From PVC group bacterium (GTDB lineage Bacteria > Auribacterota > Erginobacteria > Erginobacterales > Erginobacteraceae): DNA of 15,184 bases. The stretch lies in contig JAZDIV010000128.1 of the NCBI GenBank assembly GCA_043804695.1, forward strand, positions 1 through 15,184, given 5' to 3'. A program made the translations under genes and the position numbers. Positions 1 to 6,436 of the stretch are shown here, piece by piece (positions within the stretch are counted from its first letter, which is position 1; every line of letters starts with the position of its first letter). A model generated the notes under the pieces. It had not been told where the DNA came from, ran no database searches, and saw nothing but the letters and a program-made list of their open reading frames with translations.

Positions 1-234
1 CTAATTGCTTCATTTCTAAATCGATTTTGCGGTTTCCAGAGAATTTATAGTTTTTTATGAAGTTGCATTCTGGAATAAACTGATTCTTCGTTTATTAGTG
101 TTGAATATGGCTTTTGAGCAACAGCCCGTTTCCTCTTGACACTGCGTCCCCTGCTGCCCCCGTAAGGTGGCGCTTCGCGCTGGATATGTGTTTACAAAAA
201 TAATTTCCGTTCTTGTCGGAACACTTCACCCCCT

Positions 235-283
235 GGTTTCTGTCAATTTGCCTCTACCCCAGTCCCCACACTTGACAGAAACC
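235..283. repeat. 49-bp element bounded by a perfect 12-bp terminal inverted repeat (MITE-like remnant)
   Basis: GGTTTCTGTCAA (235-246) and TTGACAGAAACC (272-283) are exact reverse complements with a 25-nt spacer. Confidence 0.5.
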
Positions 284-296
284 TCCCCCCCTTTGT

Positions 297-365
297 GTAG
301 CCCCGCCGGTCGAAGAAGCTCGGCCTCCATAAACAGATAGCGGCCGGGCCTCTTCGACCGGCTAC
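297..365. repeat. GTAG-type REP doublet (REPIN-like inverted pair)
   Basis: GCCGGTCGAAGAAGCTCGGCC (305-325) matches the reverse complement of 342-362 at 19/21. The outer ends are GTAG (297-300) and CTAC (362-365). Each arm is itself an imperfect palindrome. Confidence 0.5.
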
Positions 366-628
366 GCCCTTCCTATAAATGCAAACGTTTTTCAGTAAAC
401 CAACGTCTCCCTGAGCAAGAAGCGCGCCGGCATAGCTGTCACACTTCTTGCGGAACCGGCCAACGCCACTAACCGGGCGCCTCTACCCCACCCCCTACAA
501 CCCGGACTGAAACCGCTCACCGACAGTAGGCAACGCCCCTTCGCCTCTCAACCCCGCACCTTCCTCGCGCGGGCACCGGCCGGTCATGCTTCTTGCTGAT
601 GGCCTTGCTCCTCCGGGGCATCCCTTAA

Positions 629-659
629 GCGATTGAAACCGCGATGCGGTTTCAATCGC
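629..659. repeat. Perfect 14-bp inverted repeat with 3-nt loop
   Basis: GCGATTGAAACCGC-GAT-GCGGTTTCAATCGC, with outer GCTTCTTGC (588-596) / GCAAGAAGC (674-682) arms. Confidence 0.7.
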
Positions 660-860
660 CTTTGGGCACGGCCGCAAGAAGCCCGCCAGGCCTCGTTTTA
701 TCCGGTGATCAATGCTCTTTCCCCGAGGCAGCGTTCAACCCCCTTTAATCTTTGGTCGCCAAAGTTTCCTGGTTGCGTTTGATCCGTACTCTCCTTATAG
801 AAAGTCCGGGGATTTCGCAGCCTGCCCCCACCAAAACGCGGAAAAGCCTGTTAACAAGCT

Positions 861-885
861 CTTAGCCCCGCGGAGCGGGGCTAAG
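861..885. repeat. Perfect 11-bp hairpin with GGA triloop, inside a longer imperfect inverted repeat (847-901)
   Basis: CTTAGCCCCGC-GGA-GCGGGGCTAAG, flanked by CCTGTTAACAA ... TTGTTAAACAGG. Confidence 0.7.
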
Positions 886-1058
886 CAGGTTGTTAAACAG
901 GACTTTCCCGCCCCCCTACCTGCCCCTACCTTTGTTCCCTCCCATCCGGTCGGGAGGCCCCCGCAGTCAGGCCCAAACGCCGGGCCTTTCTCCTGCGGGG
1001 GCTTGGTACCGCCCTTCGGTCGGTTCTTTTTTCTTATTTCTCCGGACCATCGCCCCCC

Positions 1059-1098
1059 AAAAAAAAGAGAACCCCCGGAATGGCAATCCACTCCGGGG
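1059..1098 (-). terminator. Rho-independent terminator downstream of hicA
   Basis: On the minus strand a GC-rich stem CCCCGGA-G-TGG/CCA-T-TCCGGGG is followed by GTTCTCTTTTTTTT, about 20 nt after the hicA stop. Confidence 0.7.
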
Positions 1099-1120
1099 TC
1101 AAAAAAAATAAACGTGGGAA

Positions 1121-1351
1121 TCAACGCAGAAGATCACGCAGATCTTCTTTGCTGATCCGGGCGACAGAAAGTATCGAAGCAAGTGTTTTAGGAGCAATCT
1201 CCTTGTGGTCGGGAATTGTTACCTTCAATGTTTCGGTGGGAAGAGACTTTTCGAGTCGAATATGGCTTCCCCGTTGCTGGATAACTACAAAGCCGACACG
1301 CCGGAGCGCCTTGACCAGATCCTTTCCGGAGACAAGTGGAAGTTTGCTCAT
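1121..1351 (-). CDS. hicA: HicA family toxin (type II TA mRNA interferase)
   Basis: 76-aa basic protein with LP.VSGKDLVKAL...GF.....GSH (catalytic His)...VTIP.HKEI...TL.SIL, typical of HicA. Its start overlaps the hicB stop (ATGA, 1348-1351). Confidence 0.92.
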   Translation of the reverse strand: MSKLPLVSGKDLVKALRRVGFVVIQQRGSHIRLEKSLPTETLKVTIPDHKEIAPKTLASILSVARISKEDLRDLLR

Positions 1352-1560
1352 ACGGCCAGTTCAATCACCTGGGCGTGAGCATCCGTGGGGAGTTGTTCTT
1401 CAACCGGCTCCAGATACAAAAGGATAGCTTCCTTGATGTTCTTCAGCGTATCTTCTACGCCTTTTCCCTGGGATATGCAGCCGGGGAGGCTGGGGACCGA
1501 AGCAGTATACCATCCTCTTTTTCCCGATGGTTCGATGACAACCTTAAACTTCATGATCAT
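1348..1560 (-). CDS. hicB: HicB family antitoxin (short form, no C-terminal DNA-binding domain); true start may be ATG 1554
   Basis: MKFKVVIE...GWYTASVPSLPGCISQG....DTLKNIKEAILLYLE is the HicB partial RNase-H-fold signature. A GGAG RBS lies upstream. Confidence 0.92.
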   Translation of the reverse strand: MIMKFKVVIEPSGKRGWYTASVPSLPGCISQGKGVEDTLKNIKEAILLYLEPVEEQLPTDAHAQVIELAV

Positions 1561-1619
1561 TTTCTCCGTTGAAGGCTATCTCCTTAATTACATTACATAA
1601 ATATATCATGATTTTAAGA

Positions 1620-1648
1620 ATGGTACCATAAATCACATGTCGTGACAA
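1620..1648 (-). promoter_or_regulatory. Candidate sigma70 promoter for hicBA
   Basis: Minus strand TTGTCA (1648-1643), 17-nt spacer, then TACCAT (1625-1620) with an extended -10 TGn. Confidence 0.5.
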
Positions 1649-1678
1649 CCAGTTCATGAGCCGGACTTTCCCCGTTTT

Positions 1679-1729
1679 TAGCCTGGATTATTCATGAAAA
1701 TTGAAAATTTTCATGAATAATCCAGGCTA
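1679..1729. repeat. Perfect 24-bp inverted repeat with 3-nt spacer, TA at both ends
   Basis: TAGCCTGGATTATTCATGAAAATT-GAA-AATTTTCATGAATAATCCAGGCTA. Confidence 0.85.
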
Positions 1730-1939
1730 CTGATTGTCGTTCAATGTATTATGGATAGCAATCTTGTTTATGCGGCGGCAGCACTCTGCTTTTTCTTCTC
1801 CGAAAAGACAACGTGTTGTTCTTCCTGTTAACGCTGCCGGAAGAAGTAAACCTTTGGCTGTAATTCATTGCCGGAGAATTTGATAAAATCAACATATTAC
1901 CGTGTTGCCGTTCTTTTAACTTTTGTCATTGTTCAAAAC

Positions 1940-1967
1940 TAACCCGATTTATGGATAAATCGGTTTA
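1940..1967. repeat. Near-perfect palindrome just past the HAD gene stop (possible terminator or REP-like element)
   Basis: TAACCCGATTTAT-GG-ATAAATCGGTTTA, 12/13 paired, TA at both ends. Confidence 0.5.
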
Positions 1968-1971
1968 ATCT

Positions 1972-2470
1972 TTAGATCAAAAGCGGGAGAATGTCCTCGA
2001 AACGATCGATGATGTAGGTGGGGTGATAGGGGGTTTCCCCTTCCTGGGAGACGTTCCTCTTCTGGATCGACGACGCCGAGTAATAGCTTAACCGGGCCCG
2101 GGCCTTCGGGGAGATGACGGTTCCGTACCGGGCCCAGACATCGGCGATCCCCATCTCCTGGGCGATCCGGATATCTTTTTTACAGTTGTCCCCCACCAGC
2201 ACCACCTGGTCGGGTGTAATCCCTTCCTTCTCCAGGAGGAGCCGGAGCCCCGCCGTACTGGGTTTTTCATACTCCAGGGGCATCTGGACCACCTTCCCCA
2301 CCCGGGAACGGTAGTACCCGGCCCTAATCCGGTTGATAATCAGCCTGTCCAGCAGGGGTTCTTCCGGGAGGGGGTAGGACTGGAGGGCGTAGAGGGCCCA
2401 GATATACTGTGTTATAAATAGTGTTGTCGGCGTCAGTGATCAGCGTGGTGATCCCGGGCAGTTTTTTCAT
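1972..2470 (-). pseudogene. HAD-superfamily hydrolase pseudogene (large internal deletion plus frameshift)
   Basis: ATG 2470 with AAGGGA RBS gives MKKLPGITTLITDADNTIYN (HAD motif I, DxD), and that frame then stops. A different frame gives ITQYIWALYALQ...YEKP (motif III)...VLVGDNCKKD (motif IV)...WARYG to the stop at 1972. Motif II and the cap domain are absent. Confidence 0.8.
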
Positions 2471-2541
2471 GGGTTTCCCTTCTTGAGTTCTGATGTAAAA
2501 TTCGATACTGTATCCTATTCTGAGATTAAGTCATTTTTCCT

Positions 2542-2765
2542 GTTGAACTTTAAATGGGCGAATGGCGCCTGCCTGCCGGCAGGCAGGGAATTGGCATACC
2601 CCGTTATCAGTTGAACTTTATATGGGCGAATGGCGCCTGCCTGCCCTGCCTACCGGCAGGCAGGCGGCAGGCAGGGAATTGACATACCCCGTTATCTGTT
2701 GAACTTTATATGGGCGAATGGCGCCTGCCTGCCGGCAGGCAGGGAATTGGCATACCCCGTTATCA
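2542..2765 (+). repeat. Tandem array (68, 88, 68 bp) of tRNA-Leu leader plus 5' fragment, each copy interrupted by a 20-bp palindrome
   Basis: Units start at 2542, 2610 and 2698: GTTGAACTTTA(A/T)AT-GGGCGAATGGCG-[CCTGCCTGCCGGCAGGCAGG]-GAATTG(G/A)CATAC-CCCGTTATC(A/T). A fourth unit from 2766 has no insert and continues into the intact tRNA. Confidence 0.95.
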
Positions 2766-2779
2766 GTTGAACTTTATAT

Positions 2780-2861
2780 GGGCGAATGGCGGAATTGGCA
2801 TACGCGCTGGATTTAGGATCCAGTCCCGAAAGGGATGGGAGTTCGAGTCTCCCTTCGCCCA
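2780..2861 (+). tRNA. tRNA-Leu(TAG)
   Basis: Acceptor stem GGGCGAA/TTCGCCC plus discriminator A; anticodon arm CTGGA-TTTAGGA-TCCAG; long variable arm TCCC-GAAA-GGGA; T-arm GGGAG-TTCGAGT-CTCCC. No CCA encoded. Confidence 0.96.
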
Positions 2862-2890
2862 TTTAAATTTTTCTTCGAAAAATTTAAATG
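2860..2890. repeat. Perfect 14-bp hairpin abutting the tRNA-Leu 3' end
   Basis: CATTTAAATTTTTC-TTC-GAAAAATTTAAATG (C-GAA-G loop on the minus strand). Confidence 0.7.
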
Positions 2891-2969
2891 ATTGCAGTGG
2901 AACGGAATTTATTCTTTATGTAATGATCATAACAGAGGAAACGGCATTTTCGGCGAAACTATTGTTCCA

Positions 2970-2999
2970 TTGCTCAATCGAAATTGATATAGTTATACT
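2970..2999 (+). promoter_or_regulatory. Candidate sigma70 promoter for tRNA-Gly/tig
   Basis: TTGCTC (2970-2975), 18-nt spacer, TATACT (2994-2999) in AT-rich DNA upstream of tRNA-Gly. Confidence 0.4.
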
Positions 3000-3023
3000 G
3001 ATAATGTGAAATAGAGTTCACAT

Positions 3024-3065
3024 CTATTATTTTTTCCCCCGCCGGAGGCGGGGGAAAAATAATAG
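3024..3065. repeat. 19-bp hairpin with GGA triloop abutting the tRNA-Gly 5' end
   Basis: CTATTATTTTTTCCCCCGCC-GGA-GGCGGGGGAAAAATAATAG, with one bulged T. Confidence 0.75.
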
Positions 3066-3137
3066 GCGGGAGTAGCTCAGCGGTAGAGCCCCACGTTGCC
3101 AACGTGGTTGTCGCGGGTTCAAATCCCGTCTCCCGCT
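3066..3137 (+). tRNA. tRNA-Gly(GCC)
   Basis: Acceptor stem GCGGGAG/CTCCCGC plus discriminator T; D-arm GCTC-AGCGGTA-GAGC; anticodon arm CCACG-TTGCCAA-CGTGG; T-arm GCGGG-TTCAAAT-CCCGT. No CCA encoded. Confidence 0.97.
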
Positions 3138-3207
3138 CTCGATCCCGGTTGGTATGGAATCATCCCGCCGGCGGACAAAGGGGAGGGGGCCCTCCCCGCC
3201 GGGCGGC

Positions 3208-3240
3208 TTGCCGGCAGGGTCCCCCGGCAACTATTTTTCT
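3208..3240 (+). terminator. Possible terminator/processing hairpin between tRNA-Gly and tig
   Basis: TTGCCGG-CAGGGTCCC-CCGGCAA followed by CTATTTTTCT. Confidence 0.35.
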
Positions 3241-3255
3241 GTTGTGGAGAGGTTG

Positions 3256-4515
3256 ATGACGACAAAGGTCACCGTGCAGGAACTCCATCCCTGCCGGAGG
3301 GAACTGACGATCGAGGTCCCTCCCGAGGTCATGGAGAAAGAAATAGCATCCGTCTATGCCGGGCTGGGCGCCGCCCGCTCGGTCCCCGGCTTTCGCCCCG
3401 GAAAGGCTCCCCGGAAGGTTCTGGAGAAATATTTCCGCGAGGAAGCCCGCTCGCAAACGGTCAGCAACCGGGTCCGGGAGGGGTATCTGGAGGCGATCCG
3501 GGAGCAGGAGATGCGCGTTGTCGGGGATCCGGACTTCAGCGATATTGACTGGTCCGCCGGCGGGCGCCTCCGCTTCAAGGCCGCCGTGGACATCAGCCCC
3601 CCGCTGGAGCTCAAGAATTACCGGGGCATCCGGATCAGCGCCGGCAGCGGCCGGGTCGAAGATCACGAAATAGATCGAATCCTGGAAGGACTGCGGGAGC
3701 GATCCGCCGTGTTCGAAACTCTGGCCGCTCGGCCGCTCGGGGAAGGCGACTGGGCCCTGGTCGATTACCGTCCTTCCGGCCGCCCTGATGATGACTGGAC
3801 TGAAGGGATCCTGGTCGAAGTCGCCGCCGCCGCCGGGATCGGGCCTCAGCTGGCGGGGATGAAGCCCGGGGAGGTCAGAGTGATCAAGATAACACCTTCG
3901 GACCGGCAAAAGCCCGCGGCCGGCGAGCTCGAGCTGGAGATCCGTCTCCGCGAGATAAAGAAGAAGATTTTGCCGGCAGCCACCGATGAATGGGCCCATA
4001 CCTGGGGTCAATTCAAGGGGATGGAAGAGATGCGGGAACAGATCAGGGAAGATGTCAGGAAGAGGAAGGAGATCGAGCAGCGGAGGTCGGCGGAAGAGCA
4101 GGTCGTCGAGTATCTCCTCAAGAAGCATGACTTCCCCCTTCCTCCCTCCACGCTGGATTCCCTGGCCGGGGATTATCGGAAAGAAGCGGAAGAACAGGCG
4201 GAGCGGTATCGCTCATCCGGGGGGGAGAAAGTCCCGCCGGATGAGCTCGACCGGCTCGCCCGCCGGAGAGCGGAAGCGGATCTGCGCCTCCTCTTCATCC
4301 TGGGGGAGATCGTCCGGACGGAAAAAATCGAAGTCGACCCCCGCCTGCTGGCGGAGGAAGTCGCCCGGCTGGCCCGGCGAAAAGAAATTTCCCCGGCCCA
4401 ATGCCGGCGGGAGCTGGAAGAGAGCGGGCGGCTCGGGGCCGTCCGGGACAGTGTGCTCCGGCGATTGACGATGGACTTCATCATCAAAGAGGCCAAGGTC
4501 AAGGAAGTAAAATAA
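3256..4515 (+). CDS. tig: Trigger factor
   Basis: Ribosome-binding motif VPGFRPGKAP, an FKBP-like middle domain and a C-terminal SurA-like domain. Start placed at ATG 3256 behind the GGAGAGG RBS, not 3154. Lies upstream of clpPX. Confidence 0.95.
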   Translation: MTTKVTVQELHPCRRELTIEVPPEVMEKEIASVYAGLGAARSVPGFRPGKAPRKVLEKYFREEARSQTVSNRVREGYLEAIREQEMRVVGDPDFSDIDWSAGGRLRFKAAVDISPPLELKNYRGIRISAGSGRVEDHEIDRILEGLRERSAVFETLAARPLGEGDWALVDYRPSGRPDDDWTEGILVEVAAAAGIGPQLAGMKPGEVRVIKITPSDRQKPAAGELELEIRLREIKKKILPAATDEWAHTWGQFKGMEEMREQIREDVRKRKEIEQRRSAEEQVVEYLLKKHDFPLPPSTLDSLAGDYRKEAEEQAERYRSSGGEKVPPDELDRLARRRAEADLRLLFILGEIVRTEKIEVDPRLLAEEVARLARRKEISPAQCRRELEESGRLGAVRDSVLRRLTMDFIIKEAKVKEVK

Positions 4516-4548
4516 GCAGCAGGACGTGTAACCAGAAGGAGATAGCCA

Positions 4549-5154
4549 GTGGACGAAACGCACTCACAGCTTATTCCGATGGTTGTCGAGCAGACCGGGC
4601 GGATGGAACGGGCGTATGATATCTATTCGCGCCTTTTGAAAGACCGGATCATTTTTCTGGGAACCCCCGTTGATGATTCGCTCGCCAACCTGATTGTCGC
4701 CCAGCTGCTTTACCTCCAGATGGAAGACCCCGAAAAGGATATCAACCTCTACATCAATACTCCGGGGGGCGAGGTCACGGCGGGGCTGGCGATCTACGAC
4801 ACCATGCAGTTCGTGAAATGCGATGTCACCACCTATTGCGTCGGCCAGGCCAGCAGCATGGGAGCTTTGCTCCTGGCGGCGGGGACCAAGAAGAAAAGAT
4901 ACTCCCTCCCGCACGCCCGGATCATGATCCATCAGCCCTGGGGAGGGACCCAGGGCGCCGCGGTCGATATCAGCATCCAGGCGAAGGAAATCCTCCGCCT
5001 GCGGCAAAAATTAAATGAGCTTCTTGCCCTCCATACCGGCCAGCCCTTTGAGAGGATCGAGAAAGACGCCGACCGGGACTTCTTCATGACCGCCGAAGAG
5101 GCGATGGCTTACGGGGTGGTGGATGCGGTGATCAGCAAGCAAAAGGAAAAATAA
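4549..5154 (+). CDS. clpP: ATP-dependent Clp protease proteolytic subunit
   Basis: [27 protein letters not shown], catalytic Ser in GQASSMG, His in RIMIHQP, Asp in DRDFFM. GTG start with AGAAGGAG RBS. Confidence 0.98.
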   Translation: MDETHSQLIPMVVEQTGRMERAYDIYSRLLKDRIIFLGTPVDDSLANLIVAQLLYLQMEDPEKDINLYINTPGGEVTAGLAIYDTMQFVKCDVTTYCVGQASSMGALLLAAGTKKKRYSLPHARIMIHQPWGGTQGAAVDISIQAKEILRLRQKLNELLALHTGQPFERIEKDADRDFFMTAEEAMAYGVVDAVISKQKEK

Positions 5155-5158
5155 TCCG

Positions 5159-6415
5159 ATGAGTCCTCGCAACCAGGGAGGAGGCGGTCTCCCGCACTGC
5201 TCTTTCTGCGGTTTGCCCGCCTCCGAGTCCGGCCGCCTGATTACCGGACAGGAAGGTTTGATCTGCGAAAAGTGTGTCCGGCTCTGTTCCGAAATGCTGG
5301 AGGGGAAGACGCCGAAAAAGCGGAAACCGCCGTCCCTTCCGGCCCGAACCCCCCCTCCCCACAAGATCAAAGAGTATCTGGACCAGTACGTGATCGGCCA
5401 GGACCGGGCAAAAAAAACGCTGGCCGTCGCGGTCCACAATCATTACAAGCGGATCCGGGAGGCCCGGAAGCCGAGCGGGGTGGAGCTGGAGAAGAGCAAC
5501 ATTTTGATGACCGGTCCCACCGGCAGCGGGAAGACGCTCCTGGCCCGCACTCTGGCCAGATGCCTGCACGTCCCCTTCGCGATCTCCGACGCCACCACCG
5601 TCACGGAAGCGGGGTATGTGGGCGAGGATGTGGAAACGATCATTCTGCGCCTTCTCCAGGCGGCGGATTACGACGTGGAGAGAACCCAGACCGGCATCAT
5701 TTATATCGATGAGATTGATAAGATCGCCCGCCGGACGGAGAACGTTTCGATTACCCGGGATGTCTCCGGAGAAGGAGTGCAGCAGGCGCTGCTGAAGATA
5801 CTTGAAGGAACGGTCTGCAATGTCCCCCCCAAGGGCGGGAGAAAGCATCCCCACCAGGAGTTTATCCAGGTTGACACCGCGAATATTCTCTTCATCTGCG
5901 GCGGCGCCTTCATCGGTCTGGATGACACGATCCGGCGGCGTCTGGGCAAAAGGGTGATCGGATTTGACGCCTCCGTCGCCGGGGCCGGGGAGATGAAGCG
6001 GGGCGACCTGCTTTCCCTGGTCGAGCCGGAGGACCTCATCAAGTACGGGATGATTCCGGAGTTTGTCGGACGTCTGCCGGTTCAGACCGCGTTGTATGAT
6101 CTGGGGAAAGATGATCTGGTCAAAATACTGACCGAGCCGAAGAACGCGCTCCTCAAGCAGTACGCCCGGCTGCTGGAACTGGAGGATGTGGAGCTGAAGT
6201 ACACCGCCGACGCGCTGGCGTTCCTGGCTGATCAGGCGATCCGCAAGGGGACCGGCGCCCGCGCTCTCCGGAGCCTGCTGGAGCGGGTCATGCTTGACGT
6301 CATGTATGAGATCCCTTCCCGGAAGGATCTTCATCAGTTTGAGCTGACCGAAGCGCTCCTGAAGAAACGGTGTCGGCAGATTTCCTCTTCCGACGCTTCC
6401 GCCCGGGCAGCGTAA
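5159..6415 (+). CDS. clpX: ATP-dependent Clp protease ATP-binding subunit ClpX
   Basis: C4 zinc domain CSFC...ICEKC, Walker [13 protein letters not shown] pore loop, Walker [13 protein letters not shown] and IGF loops, GARALR. Confidence 0.98.
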   Translation: MSPRNQGGGGLPHCSFCGLPASESGRLITGQEGLICEKCVRLCSEMLEGKTPKKRKPPSLPARTPPPHKIKEYLDQYVIGQDRAKKTLAVAVHNHYKRIREARKPSGVELEKSNILMTGPTGSGKTLLARTLARCLHVPFAISDATTVTEAGYVGEDVETIILRLLQAADYDVERTQTGIIYIDEIDKIARRTENVSITRDVSGEGVQQALLKILEGTVCNVPPKGGRKHPHQEFIQVDTANILFICGGAFIGLDDTIRRRLGKRVIGFDASVAGAGEMKRGDLLSLVEPEDLIKYGMIPEFVGRLPVQTALYDLGKDDLVKILTEPKNALLKQYARLLELEDVELKYTADALAFLADQAIRKGTGARALRSLLERVMLDVMYEIPSRKDLHQFELTEALLKKRCRQISSSDASARAA

Positions 6416-6436
6416 GAGCAGCTCCGGATCCGTGAG

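Noticed and set aside
1..120. Gene fragment at the left edge
   Set aside because: AT-rich, but no supportable reading frame or start within the window.
629..659. CRISPR repeat (ATTGAAAC / GTTTCAAT words)
   Set aside because: Single inverted pair, not direct repeats with spacers.
495..1155. ORFs 495-677, 712-1155, 795-1124 and 890-1111
   Set aside because: Pro/Gly/Arg-rich translations of GC-rich palindromic DNA with no recognisable motifs; several cross the hicA terminator.
2679..2711. Promoter created by the TTGACA variant in repeat unit 2
   Set aside because: No -10-like hexamer at 16-18 nt spacing; the TATAT lies about 22 nt away.
2542..2803. CRISPR array
   Set aside because: The units are near-identical throughout with no unique spacers, the repeat derives from the tRNA-Leu 5' end, and no cas genes are present.
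2710..3009. 99-aa ORF (MGEWRLPAGRQG...)
   Set aside because: It runs through the repeat unit and the tRNA-Leu gene; LPAGRQ is simply the translated palindrome.
3207..3218. Further copy of the 20-bp palindrome (CTTGCCGGCAGG)
   Set aside because: Only a short partial match, better explained as one arm of the 3208-3230 hairpin.
3154..3255. N-terminal extension of trigger factor
   Set aside because: Low-complexity translation of hairpins. The RBS and family-like N-terminus point to ATG 3256.
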